64,000 bases of DNA. Origin: an uncultured bacterium. Lineage in GTDB: Bacteria; Babelota; Babeliae; Babelales; Vermiphilaceae. The stretch is from NCBI GenBank assembly GCA_963727255.1, contig CAVSFC010000002.1, positions 128,001 through 192,000 of the forward strand, read 5' to 3'. The position numbers and the translations under genes were made by a program. The notes under the pieces are model-generated. The model saw only the letters and a list, made by a program, of their open reading frames with translations, made no database searches and had not been told where the DNA came from. Within the stretch, counting starts at the first letter, position 1, and every line of letters begins with the position of its first letter. Below, in pieces: positions 19,153 to 30,499 of the stretch.

Positions 19153-20234
19153 TGAAAAAATTTATTATGTTAGCACTCCTGCTTACCGTTCATTCTGCAT
19201 TTCCATGCACATGCATCCGTTTAACCGCAAAAGATAACACAGTAGTTACTGCACGCACCTTAGAATTCGGCGCTAATCTTATTCAAACATCAATTATCAT
19301 CGTACCGCGCAATACTGCCTACATCGGAACAACAAAAAATAATAAACCGGGACTTGCTTGGCAATCAAAATATGCATTTCTTGGAGTAAACTCTTTTAAT
19401 TATCCGCATATTATGGACGGAATTAATGAAAAAGGCTTGTATGTTGGCCTTTTTTATTTTCCCGGATATGCAGAATATGAGCAAAGTGATGATAGCCAAT
19501 CAAGCATGGCTCCATGGGAACTGGGCACCTGGATACTGAGCAATTTTTCTTCCCTCGATCATCTGCAGGAGCAACTTGCAACTATTCATGTGGTAAGCGT
19601 GGCTAATCCCGAATTGGGAATTGTGCCGCCACTCCATTATATTGTAACCGATCGAACGGGCAAATCATTAGTAATTGAATATGTAAAAGGCATTTGCATT
19701 ATTCACAAAAATGAGATTGGAGTATTTACCAATTCTCCAACGTTTGATTGGCATATGACCAATCTGAAAAATTATATTAATCTATCTCCCATTAATGTTG
19801 CCCCCTTAGATCTTGCCGGCACCGTGCTTACCGGATTTGGGCAAGGAACTGGGTTTCTGGGATTGCCTGGCGATTTTACTTCTCCTTCACGTTTTATCCG
19901 TGCAACGGCGTTCTTAAAATCTGCAATTCATCCTTCAACGGCGCAAGAAGCAATAAAAGATGCATTCCATATTCTTAATTCCTTTGATATTCCCAAAGGG
20001 GCAGTGCGCGAAATTCAAAAGGGCGGGCATCATATTTATGAGCAAACACAATTTACCAGTGCTGCTGATCTAAAGAATAGCATTTTTTATTTTCATACCT
20101 ATGATAACCGTCAAATAAGAATGGTAAAAATTAATTCAATTGATCCAAATGGCAAAGAAATTCTCAAAATTTCGATGGACCAACCAGAAGAGATTCTTGA
20201 TATAACCACTCACTCAAAGAAGTTTAAAAAGTAG
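19149..20234 (+). CDS. Choloylglycine hydrolase / penicillin V acylase family Ntn hydrolase
   Basis: Signal peptide followed by catalytic Cys (CT), RTLEF, DGINEKGL, TNSP, GLPGDFTSPSRF. Confidence 0.92.
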   Translation: MMKKFIMLALLLTVHSAFPCTCIRLTAKDNTVVTARTLEFGANLIQTSIIIVPRNTAYIGTTKNNKPGLAWQSKYAFLGVNSFNYPHIMDGINEKGLYVGLFYFPGYAEYEQSDDSQSSMAPWELGTWILSNFSSLDHLQEQLATIHVVSVANPELGIVPPLHYIVTDRTGKSLVIEYVKGICIIHKNEIGVFTNSPTFDWHMTNLKNYINLSPINVAPLDLAGTVLTGFGQGTGFLGLPGDFTSPSRFIRATAFLKSAIHPSTAQEAIKDAFHILNSFDIPKGAVREIQKGGHHIYEQTQFTSAADLKNSIFYFHTYDNRQIRMVKINSIDPNGKEILKISMDQPEEILDITTHSKKFKK

Positions 20235-20324
20235 AATAAATATTTCAAGATAATTCCAGTTGTGTTATAAGCGGACTGGTATTATAATGTATCCTATTGT
20301 TCCACAACTCATGCAAGGGATACT

Positions 20325-21131
20325 ATGATAGTAAAGACATTTTTGATATTCGCATCGCTTTTAACGGGTACTATTTTTAGCATGAATAAAAGTGAACTTG
20401 TCACATTGCCATATTCCACCAAAAAAACTAAACGTTTTCCACGAATTTATAACGATCAGTTACATATCTTAACCGTTAAAAGCGAGAAGAGCAAAAAGAA
20501 AAAAAGAGCCGCAAAAATTGCCGCATTACTGGAAGCTAAAAAAGCTAAAGAAATTACCACCCCTGAAGAATCAAAGCGAGAGACTACAATCTTGCGAAGG
20601 GAATTTATAACCAAGCAATGGCGAAATGAATGCAATCAGGATCTTCTCAGAGCACGGCCCTATGATAATTGTATGCATGTTTTAACTATGCAACAAATGA
20701 AAAAAAGCAAAATAGATTCAACTCCTCCTGCTATCTCTACGGCTAATATATCTGCAAAAAGTATTAGGTTTGAGGAACCCATAGTTTCAACCGTAACGAT
20801 TCAAGAAGAGCTTGTTACCTCGCCGTGGCGAAAAGAAAGCAATAAACATATTCGTCAACGGCCTTATGATCAGTGTATGTATGTCTTAAATACGCAAAGA
20901 AAAAACAGAAAAGTGTTCTCAGAAAATGCTGATACCAAAGGCTTGCCCCCTGAAAAGGCCCCACTAGCTCCTATATCTGAATTCCTTCATACAGTTGAAA
21001 ATTCCTCGGGAAAAATTGGTAACCAGGAGAATGAGATTGATGAGATGGAATCTGGAAATTTTCCATCAGAATATGGAAGTTTTGGAGCAGAGAAAAACCC
21101 TTTGATTGAAGAAATAGATATCATCACTTAA
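20325..21131 (+). CDS. Secreted hypothetical protein with duplicated motif and basic stretch
   Basis: Signal peptide; two copies of WR.E.N...R.RPYD.CM.VL; KSKKKKR. Confidence 0.7.
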   Translation: MIVKTFLIFASLLTGTIFSMNKSELVTLPYSTKKTKRFPRIYNDQLHILTVKSEKSKKKKRAAKIAALLEAKKAKEITTPEESKRETTILRREFITKQWRNECNQDLLRARPYDNCMHVLTMQQMKKSKIDSTPPAISTANISAKSIRFEEPIVSTVTIQEELVTSPWRKESNKHIRQRPYDQCMYVLNTQRKNRKVFSENADTKGLPPEKAPLAPISEFLHTVENSSGKIGNQENEIDEMESGNFPSEYGSFGAEKNPLIEEIDIIT

Positions 21132-21972
21132 GCTGATTTACTATTTTTTGATGAATCGTAAAATACATATTCACAGTCATTATCAAAGATGATATCTGGA
21201 TTCTTCTTGCTTATAAGCGCTAATAATTTTGCTTCAGCTTCAAAAATAGTACCAATTTCATCGATTAATCCCAATTTCAATGCATCTGGTGCAAAGTAAC
21301 TTTTTCCGTCTGCCCATTTTTTAGAATCTTTAAGATCGATGTTTCTGTTTTCAGAGACAAGTTTTACGAAAATCTCATATACCTTTTCGTTTTCTGATTT
21401 AATATATGCTCGCTCTTTTTCAGATAAGGTATGATACGGATGATAGATTCCTTTATATTCACCTGCAGAAAATAATTCAACCTCTAATTTTGCATCAAGA
21501 TTTCCCGTTATTTTTGGCTCTTTATATTTGGTAAGCTCGACTATGCTACCAATATGTCCGATGCTTGAAATGCTTTGCGCAATTGAATGAGTAGTCGCAC
21601 TCAGAACAAGATATCCACCAGATAAAGCAGAACCGAGGACTAAACCAACAACAGGTTTTTTTTCACTAACTTTCTTAACTAAATCATGCAAAGCCGAAAA
21701 TTTATCCAGCCACCCGCCACTACAATCAATATTTAACACTATTCCTGAAACTTCTTTATTCTTGGCTGCTTCAACGATGTTAAACATCACTTGAGAGATA
21801 TCGCAGCCTTCAACAATAGGAATCGCTGCTATTTTTGCTTTGATTACTTCTGACAATTTTTCTTGCTTTATTTGAGCAGGTAATTTGACTGCTTCCACGG
21901 GTTTTGACTGTTCTTCTGCAGCAGAACAAGACAATGCAAAAAGTAACATAAATGATATACTAATTTGTTCAT
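21128..21972 (-). CDS. sppA: Signal peptide peptidase SppA (S49); probable 1-nt frameshift in the signal peptide
   Basis: IDCSGG, KPVV, ALSGGY, IGHIG, AGEYK, ALKLGLIDEIG. RBS agggag precedes ATG 21972, which is one base out of frame with ORF 21128..21949. Confidence 0.85.
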
Positions 21973-22230
21973 ATAAAAAGCTCCCTAGAAATTAAGAATA
22001 AATCTATAGTTACTGATATTAACTAATATAAAAATATTAGCAATGGCGTTTGGAACTGATTAGGGCAGTGAAAACCTATTTATTTTAACTTTTTTTGACC
22101 CTTTTCTAGGAGATTCGGCCTCTTTAATGCGATTGAGGTCAGTTGGCGCTCTTCCCTTGGGGATGTTAGGGGTTATAAAGCGCTGATCGGCTTAAAAGCC
22201 GATGTATCGCGCGGAATTCGCCAAAGCCTT

Positions 22231-22280
22231 ATCCAGCCTACGTTTATCCGGGCCTTCCGGCTCGGCAAACTTCGGCGGAT
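22231..22280. repeat. Extended type B palindromic element
   Basis: Homologous to the reverse complement of 17336-17385. Confidence 0.8.
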
Positions 22281-22340
22281 ATTCTCCGCCATTCATCCCC
22301 AGGCTTAAAAAGCCTTGCGGTTTTCTGGCGTCGGAGAATA
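22280..22340. mobile_element. Long hairpin resembling an IS200/IS605-family end (remnant)
   Basis: tattctccg..cggagaata outer stem enclosing ccattcatccccaggctt-aaa-aagccttgcggttttctgg; resemblance to IS605-type subterminal hairpins is from memory. Confidence 0.35.
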
Positions 22341-22459
22341 AAAATAGGCATTTTGGAGTGTTTTTAGGCCATTTGGGAACGTTTTTTGAGTTTTAGGACA
22401 ATTACTATGAATTGTTAAATATAGCTGTTTTTAGCCCTTTTTTGGGTCAAAAATGCTAT

Positions 22460-22488
22460 TTGACAAGCCCTTTTTGTCATGCTATCAT
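22460..22488 (+). promoter_or_regulatory. Sigma70 promoter with extended -10 and overlapping inverted repeat
   Basis: TTGACA-17 nt-TATCAT with TG; tgacaa/ttgtca IR spans the -35 and spacer. Confidence 0.7.
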
Positions 22489-22540
22489 TACTAATAGAAA
22501 TAATTAATTGTTAATTATTAGTCAGTTATAAGGAGTTTAT

Positions 22541-23113
22541 ATGAAATTATCAAATTATGTTCTTAAATGCCTCGGTTTAACCTGTCTTTTAGCAGGTGGA
22601 TCAGTGGTAGCAATGCAAATTCCAACCAAACAAGAAGCACTCGTTCAGTTAAAATTGGGTGGTTCTAAAGAGGCGTGGTATAAAAATGCTCAAAAGGCCA
22701 ATATAACCAGCCCTCTCATGGTACGAACTATAAATAATACCAGTGATATAGTCAAAACAATCCAACAAGGCCAAGGTAATATTTGGTGGGCTCAAATACC
22801 AAGCAAGAATCTCTTCCAAGATGAACTTTTTAACATGGATAAATTTACTGAAGAGTACCCACAGTATATCTTTAAGACCGCTGACAATGTTTATGTTATG
22901 AATTTTGAAAAAAATGCACCATACTTTAAAGCAGTTTTAGAGCGATTGGATATGGAACCAGGATTAGCTAAAAATACTTCTGATCAAGAGGTCATGGAAT
23001 TAGTAAAGATCTGTAATAAACTTCCTGTTCAAGAAGTTGAGAAAATCGTTCAAGGTGATGTTCTTAACGTAACGTTAAGCGATATTGCAAAGCTTGAGAT
23101 TTCACAAAAGTAA
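22541..23113 (+). CDS. Secreted hypothetical protein
   Basis: RBS aaggag, signal peptide ending VVA|MQ. Confidence 0.75.
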   Translation: MKLSNYVLKCLGLTCLLAGGSVVAMQIPTKQEALVQLKLGGSKEAWYKNAQKANITSPLMVRTINNTSDIVKTIQQGQGNIWWAQIPSKNLFQDELFNMDKFTEEYPQYIFKTADNVYVMNFEKNAPYFKAVLERLDMEPGLAKNTSDQEVMELVKICNKLPVQEVEKIVQGDVLNVTLSDIAKLEISQK

Positions 23114-23141
23114 AATCAATTGTCTGATTTTCAAAAAATAC

Positions 23142-23170
23142 GGAGGGCCTAAAAGCCCTCCATTTTTTTT
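23142..23170. terminator. Bidirectional intrinsic terminator
   Basis: ggagggc/gccctcc stem flanked by A and T runs between convergent genes. Confidence 0.75.
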
Positions 23171-25276
23171 CTAAAAGCCCATATTTTTTAAGAATTCAAT
23201 TTGATTTGGCTCGCGGCCTAAGAAATCTTTGAGCATTTCATTCGCATCCTTGCTGCCACCTCTACCAATAACTTTATCAACGTACCGGCGGCCGACTACT
23301 GGATTGAGCAGGCCCTCCTTTTTGATCTGGCCAAACAGATCATGCGCAAATACTTCCGACCATAAATAGCCATAGTAACGAGCACCATAATTAGTAAGAT
23401 GGCCAAATGCAGCATAATGATGATCATCAGAATTATATTGAATACCGGTAATAAAGGTATCGAATAATTTTTTTCTCAGCGCTTCCAAATCAACATCCGG
23501 CCCATTATTAAAACAATGTAATGAGAAATTTGCTAACCATAATTGGCGTGATATTTGGAACCCTGTATCATAGGTACGCATTTTTAGAAGCGATTGGATA
23601 AGATCATCGGACAGTGATTGGCCTGTTTGATAATGATGGCTTACCATTTTTAGAATCTCAGGATTTTTCATCCATTCTTCAAGCATCTGCGATGGCATTT
23701 CTACAAAATCACGCTTCACGCCACCAGGGCCTGATTGTAAAACGATCTCAGTGCGCCCAAATAATGCATGTATCGCATGCCCAAACTCATGGAAAAACGT
23801 TGTTACATCGCGATATTTGAGCAACGAAGGTTTTTCTGCAGTCGATTTGGGAAAATTAGCAACAACAATTACTACCGCTAAATTTGGTTTACCATCAGCA
23901 AGATAGGTAGTTGGCACGATTGTTTGTTCGCATGCATGCGTGAATTTTCCTGGACGAGGGAAAAGATCCAAGAAGAGATAGCCCATCGTCTGCCCGGTAT
24001 CCTTATCAATCACTTCAATGAGTTTAACTTCAGGATCCCAAAGCCCTTTTGCAGGCAATTGCTTGAACTCGAGACTAAAAAATTCTTGATAGATTTTTAA
24101 GAGGCTATCAATGGTATGCTGCATCGGGAAATATTCGGCAACTTTATTTTCATCAAGATTAAGCGCAGTTTTTTTATAGTAATTTTTTAAAAACATCGTA
24201 TCCCATGGATACAGTTTTCCATCGGCAGTCAACGTTATTGATTCTGGTAGATTTTTAGTAAATTCTTTAAATTCAATTTTAGCTTTTGCCTTCGCTTTTA
24301 CTTTCTATCCCATTCAAAAACTGCTGCGCGCGCGCTGGCGAGCCGACCATCTGGCTATCAAGCTCTAATGCAGCATATGAATCAAAACCGAGCAAACGCG
24401 CAAGCTCATACCGTTTTGCAATAAGCTTTTCCAAAAGTTCTTTGTTTATTGGATAGGCACGATTTTGATAGGCTTGCCATAAATTTTTACGCGTCGCTGG
24501 AATTTTGCAATTCTCCATAACCTGAACATAGGTAGGCGTATCAGTTCCTAGCGTATAATTTCCTTCACCATCCTGTTTGAGCGATTTGATAAAGCTATCA
24601 CTTAAACCTGCAAGCCCTTCTTTATCAACCACAATTTGCGTTGATCTTCGGCAATATTTTTCTCAAAATCAATCTCAAGCTGTGCTATCTCTTTTTTAAT
24701 ACGTTTAACTTCGTTGAGCTTCTCATCAGGCAAATTAAGCCCTGAGCGCTCAAAATCTTTCATGGTTTCATCTAAAAAGTATTGCTGTTCTGGAGTAAGG
24801 TTTTCTTTCTTCGCATTGCCTTCAGCATAAGCTTTAAATGCTGCATATACCCGTTTATCACTGGTAATCTCTATAATATAATTTGAGATTTCAAGCATTG
24901 CATCGCGAGCCGCACTGCGCATTTTTTCATCAGGGTTTATAAGATCAACTGTCTGCGCAAGTGTTCCGAAGATCGCTAAATTAGAGAACCCCAGTAAGCG
25001 ATCGAATGCCAATATGGTATTTGCATACGTGCGTTGATCATCGGGTATCGCAAGAATGATATTAAGTTCCTTTTTTGATTCTTCAATTACGGTTTTGACC
25101 CCAGTTTTTATCTGAGAAACTGAGGTAGGGAAAATTGCAATCGCATCAGCGCTTGATTGTATATTAGTAAGATCATGAGCATGGAGCATAGTGGACTTTC
25201 GAAAAACAAAAAATAATGAACTGCCTAAAATTGCGGCACCAAGAATGAAGCCGACTCTGAAAACATTATTACTCAT
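23171..25276 (-). CDS. M3A thimet/oligopeptidase A family metallopeptidase, split by 2 frameshifts
   Basis: FHEFGH zincin motif, DFVEMPSQMLEEW, YYGYLWSEV, FLGREP; pieces join at about 24635 and 24302; N-terminal signal anchor. Confidence 0.9.
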
Positions 25277-25292
25277 AAAAATTCCTTTTTAT

Positions 25293-27276
25293 TTATTTCA
25301 CTTCTTCCAATTTTTTTTTCAAAGAAAACCATTCATCGCGCAATGCAATAGCCTTTTCAAAATCAAGCGATTCGGCCGCTTGGCTCATTTCAATTTCAAT
25401 TTCTGCGATGCGCATTTCAATTGCTTGCGGAGTTTCTGGCAACGCTTTTTTCTGCTTCTTGGCCTTATAAGTAGATGCCTCAGCAATCGCTTTTTGCAGA
25501 TCAGTAATACTTTTGGTAACTTCCCGCTTAACGCTGACCGGCGTTATGCCATGCTCCTTATTAAATTCTTGTTGCAATGTTCTACGGCGACTCGTCTCAT
25601 CCATTGCTTGCTTCATTGACTGAGTTATCTTATCCGCATAGAGCAATACTTTAGCCTGCGTATTACGCGCAGCACGGCCAATAATCTGAATAAGTGATCG
25701 CTTATCCCGCAAGAAACTTTCTATATCCGCATCCATGATAGCAACAAGTGCAAGTTCAGGCAAATCGATACCTTCGCGCAATAAGATTTACCCCAACCAA
25801 ACAATCAAAAATGCCTAAGCGCAATTTTTGCAGCAGTTCAGTTCGTTGCGGTGTTTTTAATTCACTATGCAAATAACATACTTTAATTTGGCGCTCTTCC
25901 AAATAACGCGCCATATCTTCAGCAAGTTTTTTGGTGAGTACGATTACTAAACTTCTAAATCCTTTTTCAGTAGTTTCTTTAATTTCACGAACCAAATCAT
26001 CAATTTGGCCAATGCGCGGGCGCACTTGGACTTCAGGATCAACAAAACCGGTTGGCCTAATAATTTGCTCAACAATCGAATTTGAATGCTGCAATTCATA
26101 TTCGCCTGGCGTTGCAGAAACAAAGATCACATCTTTAAAATAAGTCTCAATTTCTTCAAATTTGAGCGGACGATTATCAAATGCAGAAGGCAATCTGAAT
26201 CCAAACTCGATCAATGATTTTTTGCGCGCATGATCACCCGCATACATGCCCCGCAATTGCGGCAATGCCATATGCGATTCATCAATAACCAATAAAAAAT
26301 CTTCTTCAAAGAAATCAAAAAGAGAAAATGGCTTTTCTCCCCGCGCCCGTCCATCAAAATGGGCTGAATAGTTTTCAATTCCCGAGCAATAGCCAACTTC
26401 TTGCAACATTTCAAAATCATGCGCAACACGTTTTTCAATACGTTCGCGATAAATTGGATTGGACAAGCGTCGGCGCCCAATCCATTAATTCACTTCTAAT
26501 ACTTTGCGGCTGCAGTTTTTAATTGCGCATCGGTGGTAACAAAATGTTTTGCAGGAAAAATAATCGTATTATCAACATCTTGCATCACCTTATTATTCCC
26601 TTTTGTGACCCAATGCATAGCCTCGATCGTATCGCCAAAGAGCTCAATACGAAGTTTTTCTTTTTGATACGGAATTTGCACTTCAATGGAATTACCCATC
26701 ACCTGAAAGGTGCCTGAGCGGCGATCCATTTCATTGCGTTCATATTGAATATGAATCAATTTGTGAATCAGATCTTTTCGGCTTATTTTTTGGCCAACGG
26801 TCAAGCGGTAATGCTAATTTTTGATAATCTTGCGGATTGCCCAGCGAATAAATGCAGGAAACTGAGGCAACAATAATAACATCTTTGCGATGCATCAATG
26901 AAGCCGCCGCCTCAACGCGCAAGCGTTCAATTTCACTATTTACCTTGGTTTCTTTGGGCACATAAATATCCTGAGCCGGCAAATAGGATTCCGGTTGATA
27001 ATAGTCATAATAGCTGACAAAATAGCAGACCTTATTTTCCGGGAAAAAGAGGGAAAATTCTTCATATAATTGGGCGGCCAAGGTTTTATTGGGAGCAAGG
27101 ATCAAAACCGGTTTATTTTGATTGGCAATGGCATTGGCAATGGTATAGGTTTTACCCGATCCGGTTACCCCTAAAAGCGTAGAAATGCCCGGGCGAGCCT
27201 GGCTGAGCTTCTTTATTGCCTCAGGCTGGCTTCCGGCAGGCTTAAAAGGAGTGTGCAATTTGAATAATTTTCCCAT
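25293..27276 (-). CDS. uvrB: Excinuclease ABC subunit B, split by about 4 single-base insertions
   Basis: [38 protein letters not shown]-terminal UVR domain ([11 protein letters not shown]). Confidence 0.95.
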
Positions 27277-27628
27277 GACAACCTCTATTTTTTAAAATGA
27301 GCTAAATTAAACTATAGCATAAACATGAAACTATGGCAAAGCATCGCTCTAAAGAGCTTTTCTTATACTCAAGTGGATGGCAGCCCTCTAGAGGGCCGCT
27401 CTAATTGAAATAAAAAAAAATATACTAAGATTCACAGAAAAGCTCGTTCCCCTGCCTACTATTAATCGAGGCTATAATGATGCAAAAAAACACCATATCT
27501 ATCTGTATAATGGCGTGCTTAACATTGATGAGCAGTCGCGGCGCTCTAAGAGATTGCAGAGAGATAAACAAACGAACTGAATTGCAGTTTAGAGGCAAAT
27601 GATTATTGATTATTCATTGAAAAAAAGC

Positions 27629-27655
27629 AAGAGGCCATCTTCTGGATGGCCTCTT
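27629..27655. terminator. Intrinsic terminator for the minus-strand collagen-like gene
   Basis: 11-bp IR aagaggccatc/gatggcctctt next to an A run. Confidence 0.7.
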
Positions 27656-27668
27656 CTAATACTCGCTT

Positions 27669-29754
27669 TTATAAAAGGCAATAAGTACAAGAGAAAGCAT
27701 TAAAATTATAAGATGGCGCCGTCGGAAAATTGAAAGTCGTATCTGCTGGATTTTGAATGTAAATATATCCAGTTTGTCTTTGTATTGCAACTGTTGCTAC
27801 ATAGGGAGTTGGATTCGAGCCTGTAGATTGAGCATAAGTTACGCCAATTTCTACTACATCAGTCCCGGCAGGAATGAAACGGCTTGGTACTGCCACAGTA
27901 CTTCTTATTTGTCCTGCACCTCCTGTTGCTGGAATGGCATCGACAGCTTCAACAAATATTGAAACAATGTCACCAATGCGGAAAAAGGTAAACGTAGTAC
28001 CTGCTACCGCAGTATTTGTTCCTGTTGACTCCCAACTAGTTGTGAAGCTGTATTGCTCATAATAGTTTAAGGGAGCAATTGTGCCACCTGCTTGGCCTGC
28101 GCCAGGCATATAGATATTGCCGCCCATACAAAGATCCAGTGCCACACTCATGCCACCATATACTTGCAATGCACCACCTGTGGCCGCTCCGCTCGCCGAT
28201 TCACTACAATTTGTTGTATTAGTAATGATTAAACTTGCTGCAGTCGGCCCCACAGAACCAGTAGCTCCGGTCGCTCCAGTGTTCCCTTGAGAACCCGTAG
28301 CACCCGTTGCTCCAGTATTCCCTTGAGAACCGAGTAGCACCCGTTGGTCCCGTATTACCTTGCGTCCCGGTTCCTCCCGTGGCCCCCGCTATTCCGGTTG
28401 CACCAGTAAACCCAGTCGCTCCAGTATTTCCTGCTGCACCAGTTGCTCCTGTTGCACCAGTATTACCTGATGATCCTGTTACGCCTGTTGCTCCTGTTGC
28501 ACCAGTAGCGCCGGTTATTCCGGTAGCACCAATTGATCCCGGTCCGCTAAAGCCGCCTAATGAAGTTACCGTTCCGCAAACGTTTAAATTGCCTGCAATG
28601 CCGACACCACCGCTCACCGTAAGGGCGCCATTTGTGCAGCCGGTGCTTTGAGCTGTGTTGCTAAACTTGGCTGCGCCAGTCACATTCAAATTATTCGTAT
28701 TTAATACATTAGTTACATTGAAATTGGTTGCAGTGCCGGTACCAGCAATAGTTATATTATTAACCGTCGAGTTGCCAGTCACATTTAAATTATTAAATGT
28801 ACCGGTGCCACCAACCGTCAGATTGTTATTGACTGTCTCATTGTTAATAATAGCGGTACCACCAACTATTAAATTATTCGTTACACCAAAATTATTTGCG
28901 GTGCCAGTACCTTGGATGGTGATATTTTGAACGGTTGTGTTGCCGGTGACATACAGATTATTAAATGTTCCGGTACCACCAACATTCAGATTATTAGTAA
29001 CCGTTTCATTATTAATAACTGCCGTGCCACCAACAGTGAGATTATTAGTTACATTAAAATTGTTTGCGGTGCCGGTGCCTTGTATCGTTATATTATTTAC
29101 GGTAACGGGTCCACTAAAATTAGATGGACCACTCACATTGAGATTATTAACCGTTAATGTACCGGTTACCGTTAAATTATCATAGGAAATTGTGCCAGTA
29201 CCTGTAATTACAATATTATTAATTATACCCGTGCCAAGCACATTCAAATTTTGAACCGTTGCATTGTTGCACACATTAAGATTATTGCCAAGAATACTTC
29301 CGCAGACCGTGAGATTATCAAGAATTCCTGCGCTTCCCAATACTTCTAAGGTGAGATTCGGGCCCGTGCAGCCGGAAATACCACCAGAGCAACCCGGTAC
29401 CGAGCGCAATTCATTTGAAAGTAATTGGTTACTTCTGAAGCCGCCGGCGGTTATGGTACCGCAAACATTAAGATCGCCCCCGATTGCCTCTCCACCAGCA
29501 ACTACCAATGCGCCATCAAAACAGCTGGTTGTTGGCGTTGTATCCGAAATAAAAACAGGAGCGCTAAATGTCGCATCTCCGGTTGCCGTTATGGTCCCTA
29601 CCGTTAAGCAAGGGGTAACTAGCCCGCACGGAAACGCCGCAGGTGTCCCGCTACATCCGCCGCGCATAATAGCCTCATCTTCTGATGGCAGTATATATCC
29701 ATAGCTCGCCAAAACGCTTATCAAAAGAATTAATACCTTATTTGGTCTTCCCAT
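27669..29754 (-). CDS. Secreted fibre/adhesin-like protein with Asn/Thr/Val beta repeats and collagen-like GXT repeats (1 frameshift at about 28333)
   Basis: Signal peptide, repeated [18 protein letters not shown] units, and a GAT/GNT triplet run that continues across a single extra base. Confidence 0.8.
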
Positions 29755-29822
29755 TCTAGTTCTCCTTAAATAGTTTTTTTTTAGAACACTCTTTTATGTC
29801 ATACGAAATTTTAATAAGATGA

Positions 29823-30482
29823 TCAAGGGAATTGCTTAACCCCAAGTTTTTGCCAATCTTTGGCGAATTTCTCGATTCCTTGATCTGTCAACGGATTAGA
29901 CACTGATTTTTCAAAAACTTCTATCGGAAGCGTTACTGCATCGGCTCCTGCTGTAATTGCCTCATGAAAATTCTGAACACTGCGGATCGATGCAGCCAAA
30001 ATTTTTGTTTCATAGCCATAAAAATCGATCATCTCCCGCATTTGCGGAATAAATGCCATCCCATCAACATCAATATCATCCCAACGCCCGACGAATGGAG
30101 AAATATAATACACACCGAGCTTGCACATCATCAGGCTCTGCAAAACCGTAAATACAAGTGTGATATTAAGTTTGACCTCTTCATCAACTAATTTTTTTAT
30201 CAATTCATAATACTTCACATGGCATGGAATTTTTACCCAGATGTTATCAGCAAGCTTAGAAATTTTTTTTGCTTGTTCGTACATTTTTTTTGGATCTAAA
30301 TTGGTTACCTCAACACTAATTTGCCCTTCTGGCAATAGCTTGCAAATTTGCATAACAACTTTCTTCGGATCACCACCTTCTTTACTCAAATGAGTTGGAT
30401 TGGTAGTAATACCGTCAATAATACCGATTTCTGACCATTTTTTTATTGCGATCACGTCAGCAGTATCAAGAAAAATCTTCAT
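29823..30482 (-). CDS. tal: Transaldolase / fructose-6-phosphate aldolase family
   Basis: MKIFLDTAD, GITTNP, VKIP (Schiff-base Lys), NITLVF, SPFVGR, LAASIR. Confidence 0.92.
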   Translation of the reverse strand: MKIFLDTADVIAIKKWSEIGIIDGITTNPTHLSKEGGDPKKVVMQICKLLPEGQISVEVTNLDPKKMYEQAKKISKLADNIWVKIPCHVKYYELIKKLVDEEVKLNITLVFTVLQSLMMCKLGVYYISPFVGRWDDIDVDGMAFIPQMREMIDFYGYETKILAASIRSVQNFHEAITAGADAVTLPIEVFEKSVSNPLTDQGIEKFAKDWQKLGVKQFP

Positions 30483-30499
30483 CGCCTTCTCCATAAAAT

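Noticed and set aside
25293..27276. uvrB as a genuine pseudogene or programmed frameshift
   Set aside because: All motifs are intact, there are no slippery heptamers at the shifts, and the same indel pattern affects essential leuS; sequencing error is more likely.
28219..29260. Tandem DNA repeats as a possible CRISPR array or VNTR
   Set aside because: Repeats are degenerate at third codon positions and follow protein repeats (GXT, NNLTV); there is no constant repeat/unique spacer structure and no cas genes.
28307..29704. Plus-strand ORFs rich in PVAPV
   Set aside because: Antisense shadows of the collagen/beta-repeat gene.
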